64,000 nucleotides of DNA from Syncephalis fuscata S228 (taxonomy: Eukaryota > Fungi > Zoopagomycota): assembly GCA_025786725.1 (NCBI GenBank), contig JAHLTZ010000025.1, positions 62,001 to 126,000 on the forward strand. Direction: 5' to 3'. The translations under genes were made by a program, and so were the position numbers. The notes below the pieces were generated by a model, which ran no database searches, was not told the DNA's origin, and saw only the letters and a program-made list of their open reading frames with translations. Below are positions 54,513 to 64,000 of this stretch, one piece after another; the first letter of the stretch is position 1; each line of letters starts with the position of its first letter.

Positions 54513-54820
54513 GGCTATTTTAATAACACTCGGATTCGAATTTATTAGCTTGAGTGAGACAACGGTCCGTAGGACCTAACCGTGCATTTGCAGCATTTGC
54601 CTGCCACCCCTAGGAGAATAGACGGTTCATTTCGAACCTATCCGCGCGCAACGCAGAACCTGCCATCTACAACTGAAACCGTTGGTGGCTCTCCTCACGT
54701 GTTGGAATACCAACCATTTCTTCTACGGAAGGATTCATCACGCATTTTCTGAAAACAAGATTCGAACTAGGCGAACCAACATTTTTCTACTTAGGGAAGA
54801 CGCGGCTATTTTAATAACAC
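54513..54820 (-). mobile_element. 274-bp retroposon/SINE-like insertion with a 17-bp target-site duplication
   Basis: GGCTATTTTAATAACAC occurs at both 54513-54529 and 54804-54820. The insert is GC-richer than its flanks. The corresponding site in the other arm (~59975-59992) is empty. Confidence 0.75.
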
Positions 54821-55632
54821 CCAATCTATTGAACATGATGACGGGTGGTGAATGACGTCGATCATCAAATACTCATCATTGTAGATTCATTATCCAGTAT
54901 GCATATATTCAGTACACATATATACTCTATTCACCTATATCATTTCCATTCTATCCCACACTACTTTATAGCATTCTAAGATATATTAGACATATTCTAT
55001 TGTTTATATGTTCCATTACACTTCACTCATTCCCCTCATTGCATTATACACACCATAGCTTTGACATCGTTTTATATGCTTTCTTACCGTACATTTATCA
55101 TTCTATATATTATTCTATATTCGCCTAGCCTTCCTCTACCCAAAACTATTTTTATTTTTGTTCTAGCACCATTATTAATAAATGTCGACTAATTACGCTC
55201 ATTGATCATGCATATATGCTCATTAACTTCAACATTGCTAATCTCGCTCAATATTGCATATTCATTATAATGTTTATCATTTTATTGTATATTGCCTATA
55301 CGCTGTCTATAGTCGTTGTCGGTATGCTTCCAGTTCTTTTATGAATAAAAGTTAACATATCACACTTAGTTTGTTCACTGAGGTATATTGGCTGAATAAA
55401 TAATATGAATATGAACGAAGTTATGTTTTATTAAGTTTATTTATAAATAAACTAGATTATGTCAATTAGTTATAATTTTAGTGTTAATCAAGCAAAATGA
55501 CGGGTATACATAGTAATAACACATGCTGTGATGATATATGCGTACTGGACAGTAAATATACAATGATGAGTATTTGATAATTGATGTCACTCACCACCCA
55601 TCATCATGTTCAATAGATTGAATGTTATTAAA
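54804..55632 (+). mobile_element. Left arm: ~830-bp MITE-like unit with its own ~100-bp imperfect terminal inverted repeats
   Basis: 54811..54908 and 55533..55632 are imperfect inverted repeats. The whole unit is nearly identical to the reverse complement of 59160..59990. Confidence 0.8.
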
Positions 55633-56214
55633 TGTTAGTTATTTAACCACCAAACCACAATAAATGTAATAATGCGACGATTAAATAAAACTCACCACTT
55701 GTTCCCATGTTCATTAGATTAAATGTGTAGTTCAATTACGCGAATGTTATTTAAAAAAGTCATTTGACACCCAAATCATAATATAATCTAATGATTTGAT
55801 GATTTAATAAAAATGATTACTCGGTTTCATGTTTAATAAAATAAACGTTTAGTTTGACTGGGCGAGTGCTATCAAACAAGTCAATTGGCACCAATCATAA
55901 TAATTGTTTATTTTTATTACATCAGCACTTGCACCCACACTATAAAAACAGTCTGCCGATCGCATAGCACACGATTTACGTCACACCTTCCTCTTTCTCT
56001 TCCTCCACACTTGACAGCATTCATCCACTAGCCACCTTTCCACTTGCACTTGCTTCCATAAGTCCGGTATATGCTTTGCTTGCTATATGTCATTGTTAGT
56101 CTATTAGTATAAGCATGCCTAGTCTCGGTACTACATACCGCCCTGCTGTATGGCGCCATACAGCAGTGCTAGCGGTATCGTTTTGCCTTGTGGGCAGCTG
56201 CTAGTATGCTAACT

Positions 56215-56690
56215 ATGATGGATATATGCTACCAAACATATACTGTTATCTTTCTCTTTCTCTTTCTCTTCCTCTTCATCTCTAACCTTCCATTACTCAC
56301 CGTACTAGCAACAGTGTATGCTGGATATATGCTACCAAACATACACTGCTGTTATCTTTCTCTTCCTCCTCCTCCTTCTCCTCCTCTTCCTCTTCCTCTT
56401 CCTCTTCATCTCTAACCTTCCATTACTCACCGTACTAGCAACAGTGTATGCTGGATATATGCTACCAAACATACACTGTTGTTATCTTTCTCTTCCTCCT
56501 CCTCCTTCTCCTCCTCTTCCTCTTCCTCTTCCTCTTCATCCTCTTCTTCTCTAACCTTCCATTACTCACCGTACTAGCAACAGTGTATGCTGGATATATG
56601 CTACCAAGCATATACTGTTCCTTTCTCTCCCTCTCCCTCATCCTTTCCTCTATATCTTCCATTGCTCACCGTGCTAGCAATAGTGTGTTT
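56215..56690. repeat. Minisatellite: four units of ~100-140 bp, each with an expanding (CTCTTC/CCT)n pyrimidine tract
   Basis: tatgctggatatatgctaccaaacatacactg... recurs at ~56215, 56317, 56447 and 56586. Confidence 0.9.
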
Positions 56691-57220
56691 AGCTACGGTA
56701 GTAGCATATAGTGGCACTCTGTACTGGCCATACAGCAGTGCCATTATATGCACTGCCTGTAAACACCTGCCAGCATGATGTTGCATTGGCAGCTCTTCTT
56801 CTCTTTCCCTTTTCACTTTTAATAAACCACTTACCGGTCCTTCTTTATGGTGCACTGATTGTGCAATGGTAAGTAACTAACTTAAATCAGTCACTAACTC
56901 TGCATATAATACTTTAGATTTACAAGCCATCAGGTATCAAGTTCAAGGACAATGGCGATTAGTGTGTTAGCGGCCGGCTACCAAGCAATATAACAATCAA
57001 CGTTATATTAACTACTTTAGATTTTGTTTACTAACTTACTAACTTGTATTAATACTTACATATTTATATCATAAATAAAAATAGCAATTTTGTTTTAGTG
57101 TGCTAGTGGCCGGCTACACAACATTGCAACATACTAACTTTATATGTATTGTTTTAGATTTAGGTACTTGGACACTAACACTAACATTTGTTGATTATTA
57201 TAGATTTTAGATAGCCGGAC

Positions 57221-58474
57221 ACCAACACCAACGCCAACAACATCAACACCGGCACCAACATTAACATCGGCACCAACAACAACACCAACACTAACACCGA
57301 CACCGGCACCAACAACAACATCAACACCAACATCAACATCGGCACCAACATTAACATCAACATCGGCACCAACACTAACACCGGCACCGGCACCAACAAC
57401 AACACCAACATCGACACCAACAACAACATCGGCACCAACACTAACACCAACACCGGCACCAACAACAACACCAACATCGACACCAACAACAACATCGGCA
57501 CCAACACTAACACCAACACTAACACCAACACCGGCACCAACAACAACATCAACACCAACACCAACATCGGCACCAACACTAACATCAACATCGGCACCAA
57601 CACTAACACCGGCACTGGCACCAACATCGGCACCAACACTAACATCAACACCAACACTAACACCGCCACTGGCACCAACATCGACACCAACAACAACATC
57701 AGCACCAACACTAACACCAACACCGGCACCAACATCGGCACCAACAACACCAACACCGGCACCAACACTAACACCGGCACCGGCACCAACAGCATCAACA
57801 TCGGCACCAACACTAACACCGGCACCGGCACCAACATCGACACCAACAACAACATCGGCACCAACACTAACACCAACACCGGCACCAACAACAACAACAA
57901 CATCGGCACCAACACTAACACCGGCATCGGCACCAACACTAACACCAACACCGGCACCAACAACAACACCAACACCAACACCAACATCGGCACCAACATC
58001 AGCACCAACACTAACATCAACACCAACACTAAAACCGGCACCGGCACCAACAACAACATCGGCACCAACATCGGCACCAACACCAACACCGGCACCGGCA
58101 CCGGCACCAACAACATCAACATCGGCACCAACACTAACACCAACACCGGCACCAACAACAACATCAACACCAACACCAACATCGGCACCAACACTAACAT
58201 CAACATCGGCACCAACACTAACACCAACACCGGCACCAACAGCATCAACATCGGCACCGGCACCAACAACACCAACACCAGCAACACCGGCACCAACATC
58301 GGCGCCAACACCAACACCAACACCAGTACCAACAACACCAGCACCAGAAACACCAATACCAACACCAGCACCAACATTAGTACTAATACCAACACCGACA
58401 TCGGCACTGGCACCAACAACACCAGCACCAGCACCAACCTCGGCACCAACACCAACACCGGCACTAATACTAAC
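57221..58474. repeat. 1.25-kb triplet-phased low-complexity repeat (ACC/AAC/ATC/GGC/ACT units)
   Basis: The triplet phase appears to be kept throughout; recurring ggcaccaac core. Confidence 0.95.
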
Positions 58475-59159
58475 ATACTAACGTTATTTTGTTATTTAGA
58501 TTTTAGATAGCCGGCCACGGACACCTAGTGTAAATATTATTATTATAAATAGCCGGCCGCTAGCACACTAAACCAATTATAAAATATCAATTCAAGACAA
58601 TTGTCTACTAACGTACTAGCATTGTATTGATTATTTTAGAATTATAGGTAGCCGGCCGCTAACACACTAATACGCCACTTTAAATAAGTAAGTAATGTGA
58701 TACAGCAGTTGTAGCAGTATCCATCATATAAAGTATGTGATGGTATACCGCCACCAATAAACGGTGGTATACCATCACAACAATAGCAACAAATAAGTAC
58801 TTGATGTGACATCATCAAGATTAATTGATACTATTGCTATCAATTAGCAGCAAGATTAAAGTTATATTGGATCAATTAATAATATATTATTTATTACCAA
58901 TATCAAACTTATTATGCGCTGATATTACCAAACAATATCAGAGCATACTATTAAATAAAAGCACATAGCTACTAAATAAGTAGGTGCAAAGGTTTATACT
59001 TTTGCATCTCAATCAACAACAATTAATACAATATACTTTATTGCAATTAATAATGTTAATTGTAATAATTAATATTATATAATTAATATATTTTGCACAT
59101 ACTAACTAATCATTAAACAATTTAATAATGATTATATTATGATTTGGGGACAAATGGCT

Positions 59160-59990
59160 ATATTTAATAACATTCAATCTATTGAACATGATGACGGGTA
59201 GTGAATGATATCAATCATCAAATACTCATTATTGTAGGTTCATTATCCAGTACGCATATATCATCACAGCATGTGTTATTACTATGTATACCCGTCATTT
59301 TGCTTGATTAACACTAAAATTATAACTAATTGACATGATCTAGTTTATTTATAAATAAACTTAATAAAACATAACTTCGTTCATATTCATATTATTTATT
59401 CAGCCAATATACCTCAGTGAACAAACTAAGTGTGATATGTTAACTTTTATTCATAAAAGAACTGGAAGCATACCGACAACGACTATAGACAGCGTATAGG
59501 CAATATACAATAAAATGATAAACATTATAATGAATATGCAATATTGAGCGAGATTAGCAATGTTGAAGTTAATGAGCATATATGCATGATCAATGAGCGT
59601 AATTAGTCGACATTTATTAATAATGGTGCTAGAACAAAAATAAAAATAGTTTTGGGTAGAGGAAGGCTAGGCGAATATAGAATAATATATAGAATGATAA
59701 ATGTACGGTAAGAAAGCATATAAAACGATGTCAAAGCTATGGTGTGTATAATGCAATGAGGGGAATGAGTGAAGTGTAATGGAACATATAAACAATAGAA
59801 TATGTCTAATATATCTTAGAATGCTATAAAGTAGTGTGGGATAGAATGGAAATGATATAGGTGAATAGAGTATATATGTGTACTGAATATATGCATACTG
59901 GATAATGAATCTACAATGATGAGTATTTGATGATCGACGTCATTCACCACCCGTCATCATGTTCAATAGATTGGGTGTTATTAAAAATAG
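59160..59990 (-). mobile_element. Right arm: inverted copy of 54804..55632
   Basis: Near-identical reverse complement over ~830 bp. Confidence 0.8.
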
Positions 59991-61075
59991 TCATTTGACC
60001 ACCAAAAAAACAATAAATGTGATGATGTGCTGATTAAATAAAACTCACCACTTGTCCCCATGTTCATTAGATTGAGTTTGTAGCTCAGTTGTGCGAATGT
60101 TACAAAAATTGTTTACTTCAAATTACATTAAATGACTAATAAGTTGTTTAATGTTAAAAGCCATCTTTATTTAACTAATGAATAAGATAATATATACAAT
60201 CCATAAACTGAATGACATTGTACATAAAGAGACTGAACAAATTAAAATATAGATGAGGGAATGGTTCAAGTAGTAGAATAAAAGAAAGAATAAAAATTAA
60301 TAGTATAAAAGCAAATATAATTATGGAATATGTCATCAGTAAAACAATAGCTGTAATAAGAAAAATAGATAACAAACAATATAAGCAAATATATTCATAG
60401 AACAATGAGTGTAATAAGAATGACAAACATATTTATAGAACAATGTCAACAGTAAAACAAAAAGGATGAATATCAATGCATAAGCAAATGTCATTATCAT
60501 AGAACATGATGTTATAATTGACAGCTAAACTTTTAAGCATTAGATTTAGTATATAAGCAACAATGTTTATTGAATGTTAAATAAAATACTTGCAAACATA
60601 CCTATTCTAAACTACGCCTTATATATATACCATTTTTAAATAAGAATATGCAACCATCCTTATAAATTTCACTTGCCATATTATATGGCGCAATAAGTAT
60701 GACTTTTTTGGGGGCGGGTTCGTCTCAATGAGACTTTTCAGATATTGAATGTAAGTTTTATTGAAATGTTTAAAATGGCAACTACTAATATAATGTTCTA
60801 TTACATTTAATTTTATTTTATAAAAATGATACTGTTATTATATTATACTAATGTTTATTCTAAATGATCATTTAAACACAAATTAATCTAATCAACTCAC
60901 TACAATCGATTGCGTAAAAAGATTTGCTGCCCCGAGAGATTAAAATAGATAATCAGCAGATAGATCATCGTAATCTAGATATTAAATTTACACACACACA
61001 CATACACACACATGTTAACCATTTAACTGCTGTTCTTACTTTTGTTTGTCACTCAAAGCTATCCTACGCGTCATC

Positions 61076-62594
<1,519 letters not shown>

Positions 62595-62679
62595 ACAGAG
62601 CAGCAGTTCTATTATAACATATTGCCAATAGTCATGACGAGTAGATTGTGAGGAATTGATTATAATAAATCCCATAGTA

Positions 62680-63989
62680 TTAGCTGTCTATGACAGGCAG
62701 TAAACGAAATTCTGCATAGGCTGTTTCATTGCTATGTTCAGAAGATATCATCATCTAAATGAACAATAATCAATAACACTGGTATAAAAGTATTCATATA
62801 TTATACACTATAACTTACTTGTAGGCCTAATAGACCATCCTGGTTTGCACGAATAGATGCCTTATTTGCCACGGATAAAGCTTCAAGTGCTGTTTTTAAA
62901 TGGCTACTTCGATATCTATTAACCATTTATCACTATTAGTCGTTCATAGAGTTGTTCTATTTAATCATTACACTTACCGATACCGAGAATAATCCACGCT
63001 TGAAAACGATTCAACAATATCGACATTAGCATTAAAATTAACCTATTAAATTTTTAGTATAATGATCAATTGAATAGTCTATCATTTACCTCAGTACTGC
63101 CGGTAATACCATCGGCAGATATATTTAAAAAGGCCGGTTCAGCTGAAGCCGTAATAGTTACTAGATCGCATACTTCAATAGCATGTATCAATGCATCTCG
63201 TAACCAATCAGCCTAGACAATTAATATTATTTGCATAATTAACGTAAACATAATAAAGAATAAATCATCTTATTTACCTTCATAATCACTTTGTAATAGA
63301 GTGGTGATTGATGCATATCAAAATAAAGCTGTTCAGTCATTTCAATACTTTGTAACTGACATGTCATAATAACTCCATTCTCCTCTAGTCTATCATTTGG
63401 CTATTTATTATTGATCATTTTGTATTAATCCAACTATACTTACATTAAACTCAAATCATTATTTTCTTGTAATCGAATAATCAGCGAGTTACTCGGCCCT
63501 GGTGGCAATAAAGATGCATTTGTCCGCAATCCACCGCCCAAGGAGCGTCGTTGCGTACCAAATGATTTGCCATCAGTGAAAGATCGACCACTGTTTTCGG
63601 TAATATTCAATGGAGCCAGAAAGAGTGCGAGCATACTTAGATTAATACCAAAAATATACGCTTCTTCACGAACTGGTGAATTAAATGTATATTGATGAAA
63701 CAATTCCTTTTGTAAATATGCAAACGCTTGTAAACTACCAGCATCCTACGTAAATTAACAATGTTAATAACTATTAACAATAGTAATACAGCTAATACCG
63801 CCATTGCTATTACCTCTACAGAAAACTTAATACCATCGTTTGTGACCGTGCAAATAGCCAACTAACCAATGACAAGGTTGATTAGTCAAGTAAAAGTGTA
63901 ATTCGGTAGACAAACCTCTTTAAAATGAACAGATTGGTCAGCATGTAGATATGCTGTGTCCCTGTTATTTTCGCCTCAAACTGTGTCAT
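62680..63989 (-). CDS. RAD1: 9-1-1 checkpoint clamp subunit Rad1/Rec1/Rad17
   Basis: MTQFEAKI...SVHFKE|LAICTVTNDGIKFSVE; KELFHQYTF; FGINLSML; LILEENGV; YRSSHLKTALEALSVANKASIRANQDGLLGLQ. All fit the Rad1 family. Confidence 0.8.
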
Positions 63990-64000
63990 TGCGGCTATAC

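Noticed and set aside
54690-54745. CTCCTCACGT resembling an HDV-like ribozyme L3 loop, and TGATGA resembling a hammerhead core, in the 274-bp insert
   Set aside because: P3/P1 pairings and the CUGAUGA...GAAA core could not be completed by eye.
56188-56855. Short overlapping ORFs and a CRISPR-like look of the tandem array
   Set aside because: Eukaryotic context, no cas genes, long units, and the 'spacers' are related CT tracts; it is a minisatellite.
57181-58476. 431-aa Val/Leu/Pro/Met ORF on the minus strand
   Set aside because: By-product of the triplet repeat; an uninterrupted hydrophobic polymer is implausible as a protein.

Overview
Eukaryotic, AT-rich, gene-dense window with many very short GT-AG introns (about 45-100 nt, CTAAC/TAAT branch sites). 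It is an early-diverging fungus; the gene families and intron style suggest Zoopagomycota, e.g. the mycoparasite Syncephalis (inference). Recognisable core genes: exportin-4, Lag1-type ceramide synthase, a UBX protein, a GCK-III/STE20 kinase, NOB1, an ACAD10/11-like APH phosphotransferase, SSU72, a Vsb1-like SulP-STAS-cNMP transporter, ATG1, LYS1 and RAD1. Lineage-specific material lies between them: tandem multi-TM receptor-like genes, an inverted pair of F-box-like genes, three intronless secreted-protein genes, and a modular AT-rich repeat family that culminates in a repeat nest at 53-60 kb. Highlights: (1) an in-frame U12-type AT-AC minor intron in XPO4; (2) a ~5.2-kb foldback-like structure with ~830-bp inverted arms around nested inverted motifs and a 1.25-kb triplet repeat open in four frames; (3) a 274-bp GC-richer retroposon-like insert with a perfect 17-bp target-site duplication; (4) a CDC42SE/SPEC-like CRIB microprotein; (5) a 6-Cys cationic secreted peptide; (6) a bacterial-like intronless P-loop kinase. 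Many conserved genes carry single-base frameshifts, most likely consensus errors, so frameshifts alone were not taken as evidence of pseudogenes. All comparisons were made by eye with no database search; multi-exon gene coordinates are spans and some ends are approximate.
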